IMG/VR virus record: IMGVR_UViG_3300028833_000067
Location: 32,001 to 96,000 of that record
Reading direction: 5' to 3' (one strand)
Origin: a virus
Lineage: Duplodnaviria > Caudoviricetes
DNA length: 64,000 nt
Part shown: piece by piece, positions 37,878 through 47,314 of the stretch
How positions within the stretch are numbered: the stretch's first letter is position 1
Layout of the letters: each line of letters begins with the position of its first letter
Position numbers and translations under genes: made by a program
The notes under the pieces: generated by a model
What the model was told of the DNA's origin: nothing
Databases searched by the model: none
The model's input: only the letters and a program-made list of their open reading frames with translations

Positions 37878-38015
37878 ATGAAAACGGTTGAGATGATGAA
37901 GTGGAACAAAGGTTACTACGTGACCATGCGGCAGGGATGTAATGTCCAGCGCGAATGGGTCAAGACAAAGAAGGCCGCCGAAATTCTCATGAAAAAGTGG
38001 CAAAAAGGGGAATAA
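37878..38015 (+). CDS. Hypothetical, 45 aa
   Basis: Cassette promoter, RBS and terminator. Confidence 0.7.
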   Translation: MKTVEMMKWNKGYYVTMRQGCNVQREWVKTKKAAEILMKKWQKGE

Positions 38016-38117
38016 TCCCCTTCTTCCCCTTTTAGATGTATTACATCTAAAACCTTGTGTTGACAATTGAATATTTCTATAGTATACTTATGCCATCAAA
38101 TGAAGGAGGTTACTACC

Positions 38118-38330
38118 ATGAAGTATTTACTGATGAGAGAATATGAAACCATGAAAGTTTATGAACTTGACAACGTGATTTATAAGAAGATTGAATACAA
38201 ACTTGTTAAACTTACAGGTAGCGAACTGATAGCAAAAAAACTGATGCTCAAGTTTGGCTCTCTCACTGTTCAACAGCTTAGTTGCAATTCTCAAATCAAT
38301 ATTTTCGACTGCTTTGAGATTCTCGGATAA
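38118..38330 (+). CDS. Hypothetical, 70 aa
   Basis: AAGGAGG RBS; cassette context. Confidence 0.7.
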   Translation: MKYLLMREYETMKVYELDNVIYKKIEYKLVKLTGSELIAKKLMLKFGSLTVQQLSCNSQINIFDCFEILG

Positions 38331-38451
38331 ACCGAGAATCTTTTTATTTGTGAATTTAGATGTATTACATCCAAAATATGGGATTGACCTTTTACAAATA
38401 ATGAGTATAATTATAATTGTTCCAAGGGGAACAGAAAGGAAGGAAAAGAAC

Positions 38452-38613
38452 ATGTATTACTGGATGCATAAGGAATACGGGCACATCGTACCGGAAAACA
38501 AGCTTTGGGAAGATGCAGAAGAATTGGGCTATGATGACATTACCGACCCCTGTTCTGTTGAATACGGCAATTTCAATTTGTATTATGAGAAGACAAATAT
38601 GGTGGTCAACTAA
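38452..38613 (+). CDS. Hypothetical, 53 aa
   Basis: Cassette context. Confidence 0.7.
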   Translation: MYYWMHKEYGHIVPENKLWEDAEELGYDDITDPCSVEYGNFNLYYEKTNMVVN

Positions 38614-38724
38614 CCACCATATTTTTATATAAATACTTTTAGATGTAATACATCTAATTTTTGCTCTTGAACATTTTCCATGACAATGTTATAATAGGGT
38701 ATCAAATGAAGGAGGGATTATCCA

Positions 38725-38886
38725 ATGTCTAACTATGCCGAAACTTTCGCCAAGGAACTCGAAAAGAATCAGCGCATCCGCGAACTCGCCGAAAAGAACG
38801 ATTCTCCCGAGGGCCTCACTGATGCCGAACTCGATGAATTCGTCCGTTTGATTGACCGCATTGCATACAATTTCGGGAGATATTAA
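38725..38886 (+). CDS. Hypothetical, 53 aa (MSNYAETF...)
   Basis: Below the track cut-off; AAGGAGG RBS; cassette context. Confidence 0.7.
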   Translation: MSNYAETFAKELEKNQRIRELAEKNDSPEGLTDAELDEFVRLIDRIAYNFGRY

Positions 38887-39013
38887 TCTCCCTATTTTTA
38901 TTACATATTTTAGATGTAATACATCCAACTTTGCTCTTGACTTTTCATGATTTTATATGTATAATTGGGTTGTACCCAAGGAACCCAAACAAAAGAAAGT
39001 GAGGAACGAAAAC

Positions 39014-39253
39014 ATGAAGACCACAGTAAGAGCCCACGTAATTATCCCGGATTGCTATCTGACTATTCAGCGGTTATATGATGATGGGAAATTCTTCCGT
39101 CTTGAGGAAGAAGTCAAAACGGGAGAAGACGCCGCCAAATTTATTGAAAGATTGCTTGCTCAGGGTGGACGTTTACTCGATGCTCACGAATTTGTTGACG
39201 ATGATGATTTCAAGACAAAACTTTCTGCAACTTTTGAGTATATCTCCAACTAA
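39014..39253 (+). CDS. Hypothetical, 79 aa
   Basis: Cassette context. Confidence 0.7.
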   Translation: MKTTVRAHVIIPDCYLTIQRLYDDGKFFRLEEEVKTGEDAAKFIERLLAQGGRLLDAHEFVDDDDFKTKLSATFEYISN

Positions 39254-39359
39254 GGCCCACGGGCCTTTCTTGTTTTAGATGTATTACATCCAAATTCTCC
39301 TATTGCAATTACAGCATATCCATGCTATAATAAGGCATCAAATGAAGGAGGCGCTGACC

Positions 39360-39668
39360 ATGATCAATATTCGGACAATTCGGAAACTGCAGGAAAATGA
39401 CGGGCTTACTCTGAAGGCCGGGAAAATCATCACTTACAAAACCGGGTGGCAGGTTGCCGACTATGGTTATGAGCTGGCAACAGCTGAGGAAGCAATCGCT
39501 TGTGTTCGCAAGCTGGGCGGCAACTGCGGCATTTGGTATGCCGGCGGCATCTACTATATTGATCATTCTTTCCGTATCAGCACCAAACGGGAAGCATTGG
39601 AAATCGGCCGCAAGTTTTCTCAAATTTCAATTTTCGGATGGAAGACACAGAAACTTGCATATTGCTAA
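39360..39668 (+). CDS. Possible SAM-lyase-like protein, 102 aa
   Basis: GxW...DxS...AxxxGxxFxQxSI pattern. The ORF is solid; the function is tentative. Confidence 0.4.
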   Translation: MINIRTIRKLQENDGLTLKAGKIITYKTGWQVADYGYELATAEEAIACVRKLGGNCGIWYAGGIYYIDHSFRISTKREALEIGRKFSQISIFGWKTQKLAYC

Positions 39669-39807
39669 ACACAGCGCCCGAAACCGGGCGCAATTTCATT
39701 TTCAAAAGTTGGATGTATAACATCCAAAACTTGCTCTTGCACTATTCCCGAAAGTATGTTATTATATACTTGTCCGAAGGGACAATAAATAATGGAGGGA
39801 TTTCATT

Positions 39808-39975
39808 ATGGATAATATTAAAGTTACCTATGAACTTCGGCGGCATGATTCTTCCCGTTTCCATGGGTGGATTGTGTGGGAATGTTCTGATGGTATGGAA
39901 TCAGTGTATTTCCAGTCAACTTCTCTTACAGAAGCCAAAGCAGTCTTTAATGATTTGCACGCCGAAGTTTTATAG
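39808..39975 (+). CDS. Hypothetical, 55 aa, ends in TAG
   Basis: GGAGG RBS; TAG lies in the loop of the terminal hairpin. Confidence 0.7.
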   Translation: MDNIKVTYELRRHDSSRFHGWIVWECSDGMESVYFQSTSLTEAKAVFNDLHAEVL

Positions 39976-40054
39976 ACTTCGACCTTTCTATTTGGATGTA
40001 TAACATCCAAAATCCCCTCTTGTGCTTTTCCTCAAAAGGTGATAATATATACTT

Positions 40055-40350
40055 GTTCCGAGGGGAGCGCGGGCAGAGCCCTGAAGCGGGTGTGACCCAT
40101 GTGAGTCAGTAAGACCACGCGCGATGAACCGGCCGCACGCCGAAAGAGCGAGATGGTGCGGGATACACAGTGGCGAGCTGTGGGGTCAGCTGGAGCTGGC
40201 TTAAATGTCGAGGCAGCACCTGCAGGGGACTGAAACAGGCAGGGATTCATCTCGTGAAGACCTCCCCTTCCCGTTAGCCGTAGGGAAAACGGTGGAAAGC
40301 CGTTGAAATCGGTTAGAGAATCCCGGCGAAAAAAGTACCCGGGATTTTCG
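40055..40350 (+). ncRNA. Structured ncRNA, copy 1 (family not recognised)
   Basis: Own palindrome and promoter, GC-rich, no RBS/ORF, terminal hairpin, covaries with copy 2. Confidence 0.75.
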
Positions 40351-40425
40351 CTTAACTGCCTTTTGGATGTATAACATCCAACTTTACTGCTTGCTTTTTC
40401 CCTTCAAAAGTGATAATATATACTT

Positions 40426-40720
40426 GTTCCAAGGGGAGGGGCGGCGAAGCCGAAGAGGTGCGACCCACGTGAGTCCGTAAGACCGGCCCCCGATGAACCG
40501 ACCGCGCGCCGAAGTCCTACTGCGCGGTATACGGGGTGAGGAACCCCGGGGTCAGCTGGGCTGGCTCAAATGTGCAGGCAACAACAGGGGAGCGTCTGGG
40601 ACCCCGGGGCTGGTAGGATGGACGCAAGGGGTGGTAACCCGCCCGGCGAAGAGCCGGACTCAAGGCCGCAAGTGGGCGGATGAATAGCCAAGAGCGGATA
40701 ACAAGTAATCCGCTCTTTTT
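40426..40720 (+). ncRNA. Structured ncRNA, copy 2 (family not recognised)
   Basis: As copy 1. Terminator GAGCGGAT...ATCCGCTC-TTTTTT. Confidence 0.75.
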
Positions 40721-40839
40721 TGTCGTATACATTTGGATGTATAACATCCAATTTAAAATTTGACAAACCCCATGGGCAAGCGTATAATCATAAGTGAAAA
40801 GAGGGAAGGAAAACCCGTTAAACCAGAAGGAGAACGGAC

Positions 40840-41079
40840 ATGGAAAAGACTCTTAATACTTACCTTGATGTGAGCATCTATATCTCTCATACCAGTGAGT
40901 ATCGCGCCGGCCGTATCTACACCAACAATGAGATTGCAAAGCTGGATCTGCATCTGGATGTCCCCTATGAGCAGGCGAAAAAGGAGCTTGCTCGTCTGAT
41001 GCTTCGCACCGGTAAGATGCCCAAGGTTCATCACGGTTCTACCTCTACCATGTATTCCCTCGCCGCTTTTCTTGATTAA
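40840..41079 (+). CDS. Hypothetical, 79 aa (family A)
   Basis: Cassette context. Confidence 0.75.
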   Translation: MEKTLNTYLDVSIYISHTSEYRAGRIYTNNEIAKLDLHLDVPYEQAKKELARLMLRTGKMPKVHHGSTSTMYSLAAFLD

Positions 41080-41210
41080 GAAAGTATACCCCTCTTTTGA
41101 GGGGTATACTTGTTTTAGATGTATAACATCCAAAATAATGATTTGACATATATAATAATATATGATATTATAATAACGTCCTAAGAAGGACAGAAAGAGA
41201 GGAAAAGAAC

Positions 41211-41444
41211 ATGAGAATTGGAAGAATGGTTATTGATACGGACAATATGAGTATTGAGGACATGGAAACCGTTATCCGCGAAATGCGCGCTATTCGCGCC
41301 CGCAAGCTGAAAGCTGAAGAGCTGAAGACCCGGATGCTTGAACTGATCGCGGATGCCAAAGAAAACGGTTTTACCTTCATTGACAAAGATTTCGGACAGG
41401 TTTGGACAGGTAATGATTTTACACTTTATGACGAACGGACTTAA
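41211..41444 (+). CDS. Hypothetical coiled-coil protein, 77 aa
   Basis: Cassette context. Confidence 0.75.
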   Translation: MRIGRMVIDTDNMSIEDMETVIREMRAIRARKLKAEELKTRMLELIADAKENGFTFIDKDFGQVWTGNDFTLYDERT

Positions 41445-41575
41445 GCGCCTTTAGGCGCTTAGGATATTTGGATGTATAACATCCAAAAGTCGCTCTTGCA
41501 ATTTCCTAAAATAAGAGTATAATTATAGATGAAAAGAGAGAAGGAAAACTCACCAAACCGGAAGGAGATTTAATC

Positions 41576-41818
41576 ATGAAGAAGTATATGGCAGTTACCG
41601 TAACTACTGGCAATAACTCTTGTATTAATAGTGCTTATCTCTATTATTCTGATGAGGAACTGGGATTGGAAATTGCTACTGTCATCTCTTATGAAGAAGG
41701 AATGAAGCAGTTGCGCCAATTGGAAAAGCGTCTGGGCAAGCCCGCACAGATGAAAATCAATCAGTTTGACCGGGAAATTGTTTACAAAGAACTGTACGGG
41801 TTCCTTGACCGGGAGTAA
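41576..41818 (+). CDS. Hypothetical, 80 aa (family A)
   Basis: Cassette context. Confidence 0.75.
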   Translation: MKKYMAVTVTTGNNSCINSAYLYYSDEELGLEIATVISYEEGMKQLRQLEKRLGKPAQMKINQFDREIVYKELYGFLDRE

Positions 41819-41936
41819 TCCCGGTTCATTATATTTGGATGTATAACATCCAAAATCAATGCTTGACATATCATATATGTATGATATAATGATATTGTCC
41901 TAAGGGACAAGAAATAAAAGAAAGAGGGATTTGAAC

Positions 41937-42218
41937 ATGAGTTACATCACGAAAAGCAACAACGGTCACGAATACGCCAACACCTATGTCCGGATTTTTG
42001 ACGACAACACCGTTCAGCTGGTAAGCTACACCACAACCGTGATTGAAATCACGCCGGACGGTTGGCTTTCCTGCAATGGGCTGTACAGCATGACCACTAT
42101 TAAACACATCGGCTGGTTCATGCGGGAACGTGGCTTTTCCTACTACCTTGCCAAACAGCTGTATCTTGACAATAAAGAGTTCAACGTATACACCGGCGAG
42201 TGCCGGGACCGGGGCTAA
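41937..42218 (+). CDS. Hypothetical phage early protein, 93 aa
   Basis: SYxTxV...YSxTTxKHIxxF motif; cassette context. Confidence 0.75.
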   Translation: MSYITKSNNGHEYANTYVRIFDDNTVQLVSYTTTVIEITPDGWLSCNGLYSMTTIKHIGWFMRERGFSYYLAKQLYLDNKEFNVYTGECRDRG

Positions 42219-42343
42219 TACCCCGGTTTTCTTTTATACTGTATTTGGATGTATTACATCTAAAATTCATTCTTGACTTTTCCCTTATATATGCTATAAT
42301 GATATTGTCCTCAGAGAGAGGAACAAGAAAGGAGATTAAAACA

Positions 42344-42583
42344 ATGTACCTGTTCTATGCTGATCGCACTGGTTGGATTCCTATGGGGAATGATGGACAG
42401 CTTGTAGTGCCAAAGTGTATTCGGTCTCGCCGTGCCCTGCTGAAGCTGGCGGAAAGCTTTCTTGGCAATAGAGCTGGTCGGGTATACCTTATGAACAGCT
42501 GGACTCAACAGATGTGCGAGCTGGGCCCGCGTGCTTTTGAAGAGTATATTGCACGCCACGGAGAGGTTGTGATGTATAAATGA
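42344..42583 (+). CDS. Hypothetical, 79 aa
   Basis: AAGGAG RBS; cassette context. Confidence 0.7.
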   Translation: MYLFYADRTGWIPMGNDGQLVVPKCIRSRRALLKLAESFLGNRAGRVYLMNSWTQQMCELGPRAFEEYIARHGEVVMYK

Positions 42584-42753
42584 TTTCCTGTTTTAAATTA
42601 TCCCGTCCACCGCCCACGGATACTACTCTTGGGCGGTAAAACTTTATTTTCATATTTGGATGTATAACATCCAAAAACTGCTCTTGCAATTTAGCGTATC
42701 TTCTGATATACTATAGATGTTCCAAGAGAGGAACAGAAAGGAAGGAAACGAAC

Positions 42754-42999
42754 ATGAATAAGACTTATATCAGCATCAGCATTACTTACTACTCCACCAA
42801 ATGCATTACTCCTGATATCCACTATTACAGCGATGATGGAATTCATCCCGTAACCTCCACTTGGAATAAGCTGACCGTAAGCGAAGCTAACAAGCTGATG
42901 TGGGAACTGGTCAAGCTGGGCGCGAAAAATTCCTATACCGCCAATATGTTCGACAATGGCATCAGTGAACGCCGGGTTACCTTCTGGGGATTCCTGTAA
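42754..42999 (+). CDS. Hypothetical, 81 aa (family A)
   Basis: Cassette context. Confidence 0.75.
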   Translation: MNKTYISISITYYSTKCITPDIHYYSDDGIHPVTSTWNKLTVSEANKLMWELVKLGAKNSYTANMFDNGISERRVTFWGFL

Positions 43000-43158
43000 A
43001 AAAATATCCGCCCTATGGGCGGATATTTTTATATCTTATTTTGGATGTATAACATCCAAAAAGATAATTTGACTTTTATTCTAAAATATGATATTATAAT
43101 CATGCGGAAGGGAGAGAAACCTTCCAAGATGAGAAAAAGAAAGGAAAGGGATAGCACA

Positions 43159-43398
43159 ATGACAATGACTATTGAAAAGAAACTGAGAGATTTCCACTTC
43201 TGGGGCGGTGCCGCAACCAATGCCGCTAAGCTGACTCCCGAAGAGCTGGACGCGCTGGAAAACCAGCTGGAAGAAATTATCGGCGATGAAGAGCCTTGGA
43301 GCACCACGGAAGTCAATGACTGGATGTGGTTCGACTTCGAAGATATCTGCAAAGACTGGCTTGGAATTGACTATGAGGAAGTTATGGCAAGGGAGTAA
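43159..43398 (+). CDS. Small acidic protein, 79 aa
   Basis: Cassette context; rich in D/E and Trp. Confidence 0.75.
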   Translation: MTMTIEKKLRDFHFWGGAATNAAKLTPEELDALENQLEEIIGDEEPWSTTEVNDWMWFDFEDICKDWLGIDYEEVMARE

Positions 43399-43521
43399 TC
43401 CCTCGCCTTAATTTCATTTCATATTTTAGATGTATAACATCCAATTCTATCGTTTGACATTCTTCCCAATTCATGCTATTATATATTTGTCCGAAGGGGA
43501 CAAGAAAGGAAGGTAAGACAA

Positions 43522-43707
43522 ATGGATAACCGCTTTATGATGACAACCGCTTATTCAGACTGTTCCGTCAAGGGCGAGCATGGAAATGATTTAATGTTCC
43601 TTCTCCGCGCAGCTGCAATCTACTGGGAAGACCCTGATTGCGAGTATATCCATATCTGGGATAAAGAAAATGGAAAAGATATACTATCTTTCTCCCGGCC
43701 CCATTAA
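43522..43707 (+). CDS. Hypothetical, 61 aa
   Basis: Cassette context. Confidence 0.7.
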   Translation: MDNRFMMTTAYSDCSVKGEHGNDLMFLLRAAAIYWEDPDCEYIHIWDKENGKDILSFSRPH

Positions 43708-43814
43708 GGGGCTTTCTATATTTGATGTATGACATCCAATATATGGACTTGACTATTATTCTATATGTGATATAATGATATCGTTCCAAGAGAGAACAGA
43801 AAGGCGGTAGCAAG

Positions 43815-44042
43815 ATGGTAAAGATTACAAAGGCGCTCGCACGCAAGATGTACAATAACGGCGAAGAAGTTATGATTATTCCCAGCAAAGTCCGTCCCAC
43901 TGGGATGCTTGCCAGCTGGACTACAAAGCCCTCTGATGACCCCGATGCAGATTTTGACAAGCTGTGCAATGCAATCTTCTACTATAACTGTTCCCCTGAG
44001 ACGGGCATGAGCCTTGTCTACTATGCAAAAGAGGTGGTGTGA
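43815..44042 (+). CDS. Hypothetical, 75 aa
   Basis: Cassette context. Confidence 0.75.
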   Translation: MVKITKALARKMYNNGEEVMIIPSKVRPTGMLASWTTKPSDDPDADFDKLCNAIFYYNCSPETGMSLVYYAKEVV

Positions 44043-44044
44043 GC

Positions 44045-44269
44045 ATGAACGAGCTGTATGTATTGATGAGAGACAGCGAGCTGGTCGGAGTTTATACTAC
44101 ACATCGAAAAGCTACGCAAGAACTGATTTTATCCACTCAAAAAGAGGGCCTCACTCTTAAAGACTATTCTTTCGAGTTTGGGGTTGAGTTCTTTACCTAT
44201 GTAGGCGCTCTCCCGTCCAACCTTTATTGTTGGGAAATTCAAGAAGTTACACCCGATAACCGGGTGTAA
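44045..44269 (+). CDS. Hypothetical, 74 aa
   Basis: GAGGTG RBS; second gene of the cassette. Confidence 0.7.
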   Translation: MNELYVLMRDSELVGVYTTHRKATQELILSTQKEGLTLKDYSFEFGVEFFTYVGALPSNLYCWEIQEVTPDNRV

Positions 44270-44502
44270 TTTCATTTTATCCTAATTTGGATGTATGACA
44301 TCTAAAATATTCTCTTGACTACATTTCTAAAGTATGATATGATATCAGTGTTGAAAGGGACGGGTTCAAGAGCATGAACCTTAAAGCGGTTAGCATAACG
44401 CATTGTCTGAAACACCGAAAGATACGGAGTAGGTTAAATATATTGACTGAAGCGAAGCCGCCGCCCCAATCACTACCAACTATTATTAAGCTGGAGGGAA
44501 AA

Positions 44503-44691
44503 ATGAAAGTTGTAATTAAGTTTACTCAAATTAACACTGAAAGGAATACTGTTGTTCAGAACTGGGAAAGGGAAATTACCCTTTCATCCATCGAAGAGAT
44601 TGTCACCGCGGCGGAAATGGCTGCTCAGGTTACAGAAGCACTTTATATTAACACCAAAGTATTTTACCGTATTGAAGGTGCCGAGGAATAA
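44503..44691 (+). CDS. Hypothetical, 62 aa, with long leader
   Basis: GGAGG RBS at about 44493. Confidence 0.65.
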   Translation: MKVVIKFTQINTERNTVVQNWEREITLSSIEEIVTAAEMAAQVTEALYINTKVFYRIEGAEE

Positions 44692-44813
44692 TCCCCGGCA
44701 ACTTTATTTAGATGTATAACATCCAAATAACACTATTGATTTTCTCATAAGTATATGATAATATATAATTGTTCCAAGAGAAAGAAAACCACTAAACCAG
44801 AAAGGAAATGAAA

Positions 44814-45095
44814 ATGAAGACTCATGTTGAATACGCAATGAAAATACTGGTTCCACTAATGAAGAACGGTAAAATGAATCGTGAAGAAGCAATAAAAGCA
44901 CTCCATGATGCAAAAGCGTGCTCTCTCGTAACATTGGCCCGAGCTGGCGCGGTTCGGCTTCTTAATGACAATGTGTATACTCCTGAGCGCATGAAGGCTG
45001 ATAATGAAGCACGTGAGCGCCAGAAGAAAATGAAAGAACTGCGCGCAAAAATGAAAGAATTGGAAAAAGAAATGGAAAAATTAAAAAAGGCGTAA
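44814..45095 (+). CDS. Basic coiled-coil protein, 93 aa
   Basis: Cassette context. Confidence 0.7.
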   Translation: MKTHVEYAMKILVPLMKNGKMNREEAIKALHDAKACSLVTLARAGAVRLLNDNVYTPERMKADNEARERQKKMKELRAKMKELEKEMEKLKKA

Positions 45096-45230
45096 AGCCT
45101 TTTTATTTTAGAATAAATACACATTATTCTAATATCACATTTTTATATTTAGATGTATAACATCCAAATAACGTTATTGACTTTCCCATTACTTCATGGT
45201 ATTATATGTACATGAAAAGGAGGTACTACC

Positions 45231-45560
45231 ATGAAGGAACAAATGACTTACCATGTAGCGGTTCAAAGAGCAGAAAGAGTAAAGCACATTATTGAAGATG
45301 TAGGTCTGGGTCAGATTATCAAAGAAAAATATACTCGTTTTAGCCTTGAGCAAGCTGGACGCTGGGTTTGTATCACTGATACTGGTATCACCATTATCAA
45401 GGATGAGCCCAAGGAAAAAATTATTACCATGTATGTCACCACACAAAGGGAGCTGGTAGCTGTGTTCGGTGGCACCAAGAAAGTTCCTACTTACCTGCGG
45501 AAAAAGGTTGATTATAATCAGAGTAAGTACACTGAAAGGGGTAAAACGATATGGAAATGA
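45231..45560 (+). CDS. Hypothetical, 109 aa
   Basis: AAGGAGG RBS. Confidence 0.75.
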   Translation: MKEQMTYHVAVQRAERVKHIIEDVGLGQIIKEKYTRFSLEQAGRWVCITDTGITIIKDEPKEKIITMYVTTQRELVAVFGGTKKVPTYLRKKVDYNQSKYTERGKTIWK

Positions 45561-45835
45561 AAAAGCTGTTAAATATCACACGTAAGTTTTCCAATGACCG
45601 CCGTAAGCTGAATCGCAAGCTGAAGAAAGCTGGCATCAAGTTTGAATGGCACACCCTATATGAAGGCTATCAGTGGAGCTTTCCCACCTTTCCCGGCGGA
45701 GATATTGCTATTCACTGCGGCACCTATGGCGCGCGTCGTGGTTACTTTGAATCCTACTGTATGCCGTGGGACGATGGTGATGTAACTATTCTCACAGCAG
45801 AAGAAGCAATCAAGCATCTAACCGAAGGGAAGTAA
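45551..45835 (+). CDS. Hypothetical, 94 aa
   Basis: Overlaps the previous stop; terminator follows. Confidence 0.7.
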   Translation: MEMKKLLNITRKFSNDRRKLNRKLKKAGIKFEWHTLYEGYQWSFPTFPGGDIAIHCGTYGARRGYFESYCMPWDDGDVTILTAEEAIKHLTEGK

Positions 45836-45929
45836 TTCCCTTCTTATAGTTTGGATGTATTACATCTAATTTTATTATTTGACAATTATCTAATTTTATT
45901 ATATAATGCTAATGTAAGGAGGGGATATT

Positions 45930-46079
45930 ATGAGTAAGAAGAAAAACCCAAAACAGAAAACATGGGTTGAAGTATTCCAGTCTGAGCGCAAGAAATTTCC
46001 ACAGGGATATTGCGTTACTCGCATTATCCCCGACAAGCGTCGTAAACCGCCAAAACACAAGGGGAGAGAATTGGAATGA
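45930..46079 (+). CDS. Small basic protein, 49 aa
   Basis: AAGGAGG RBS; MSKKKNPK...TRIIPDKRRKPPKHKG. Confidence 0.65.
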   Translation: MSKKKNPKQKTWVEVFQSERKKFPQGYCVTRIIPDKRRKPPKHKGRELE

Positions 46080-46264
46080 AATTTGTACAGAAAATTACTT
46101 TTGACCTTGGAGAGCTTGAATACTATCGTGATGAACTCGGATGGAATGTTGATTCTATTGAAGATGTAGCCGAACGCATTAAAGATTGGAATGAGGAAGA
46201 ATTACATTCACTTTTAGGATGCGCCATCGATTATGAATGTTGGATAGAAGAAACCGAAGCATAA
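46076..46264 (+). CDS. Acidic hypothetical, 62 aa
   Basis: ATGA overlap with the previous gene. Confidence 0.7.
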   Translation: MKFVQKITFDLGELEYYRDELGWNVDSIEDVAERIKDWNEEELHSLLGCAIDYECWIEETEA

Positions 46265-46279
46265 GAGGAGAGATTGGGA

Positions 46280-46486
46280 ATGACTTATGTTCGTGTAGAT
46301 TGGGATAACGGATATTATGAATATCTCCCCAATGATACAGATTGCGGTGATGGGGAGTTTAGAAACAGTTTTTTACTTCATAACAACTACCAATATAAGC
46401 GTATCCGTTTTCTACCTGAATTACCTAAAGGAAAACATTGTAAAAAAATCTATTACCGCGATGATAAAAAGAACAAAAGTAATTGA
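46280..46486 (+). CDS. Hypothetical, 68 aa, flanked by a 22-bp direct repeat
   Basis: GAGGAG RBS. Confidence 0.65.
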   Translation: MTYVRVDWDNGYYEYLPNDTDCGDGEFRNSFLLHNNYQYKRIRFLPELPKGKHCKKIYYRDDKKNKSN

Positions 46487-46525
46487 ATAGAAGAAACCGA
46501 AGCATAAGGGAAGGGAGTATGATGA

Positions 46526-46690
46526 ATGAAACCTTATCACATTTATCAAAATACCAGAGATGGTAAAATTCTCTATGCATGTTTCCGAACAAAAGAGGTT
46601 GCCGAAATGGCTTTAGAAACACTAAAGCGTCGAGAAAAACAATATCCTAAGTGGCTTCGAGCAATATATACTTTGGAGGAAGTACGATGA
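46526..46690 (+). CDS. Hypothetical, 54 aa
   Basis: GGGAG RBS; ATGA overlap with the next gene. Confidence 0.6.
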   Translation: MKPYHIYQNTRDGKILYACFRTKEVAEMALETLKRREKQYPKWLRAIYTLEEVR

Positions 46691-46848
46691 AATATAAATG
46701 GGTAATTATGCAGGAACTTGAAGATACTAATTGCGCGAATCCTTATTTGATTGTGGATACGGAAGAGCGCGCCGAAGAATTATGCTATAAGTTGGAATCC
46801 GAAAACCCGGGCTTTATCTTCTGGTCTTATATGTGTGAGGAGGAATAA
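46687..46848 (+). CDS. Hypothetical, 53 aa
   Basis: GGAGG RBS; terminator. Confidence 0.7.
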   Translation: MKYKWVIMQELEDTNCANPYLIVDTEERAEELCYKLESENPGFIFWSYMCEEE

Positions 46849-46960
46849 TCCTCCTATCTAATTTGGATGTATAACATCTAAAATAATATATTGACATTCC
46901 CATAACTATATGATAAGATATCATTGTTCCGAGAGGGAACACGAAAGGAGATTGAAAGAT

Positions 46961-47095
46961 ATGAACACTCTGTATGCGGTAAAGAATTTCGGACGGTATC
47001 ACTTCTTCAAGACCGAGGAACTCCGCAAGGCGTATCTGGACAGTCTGCCCGAATGGGAATCTAAGCACTGTGAAGTTTATGAAGTGCGCTATTGA
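46961..47095 (+). CDS. Hypothetical, 44 aa
   Basis: AAGGAG RBS. Confidence 0.65.
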   Translation: MNTLYAVKNFGRYHFFKTEELRKAYLDSLPEWESKHCEVYEVRY

Positions 47096-47110
47096 AAGGC
47101 GGTGTGAGCT

Positions 47111-47314
47111 GTGACTACTCGTACTTATTATATGCCGAAGAATCGGATTGCTCTCCATGTTATCAACTACATGGTGTCCAAAGTGGGATGTAGTATCGGT
47201 GAGCTGAAAGTCAACAGTCAAGCTGGTACCATCCGTGTTCCCGTAACCTGTAATGATACTGATGTTGCTAAGATTGAGCGCATCCTCAAGACTTATGATA
47301 TGTTGGGAGAATGA
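47111..47314 (+). CDS. Hypothetical, 67 aa
   Basis: GTG start; operon context. Confidence 0.65.
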   Translation: MTTRTYYMPKNRIALHVINYMVSKVGCSIGELKVNSQAGTIRVPVTCNDTDVAKIERILKTYDMLGE

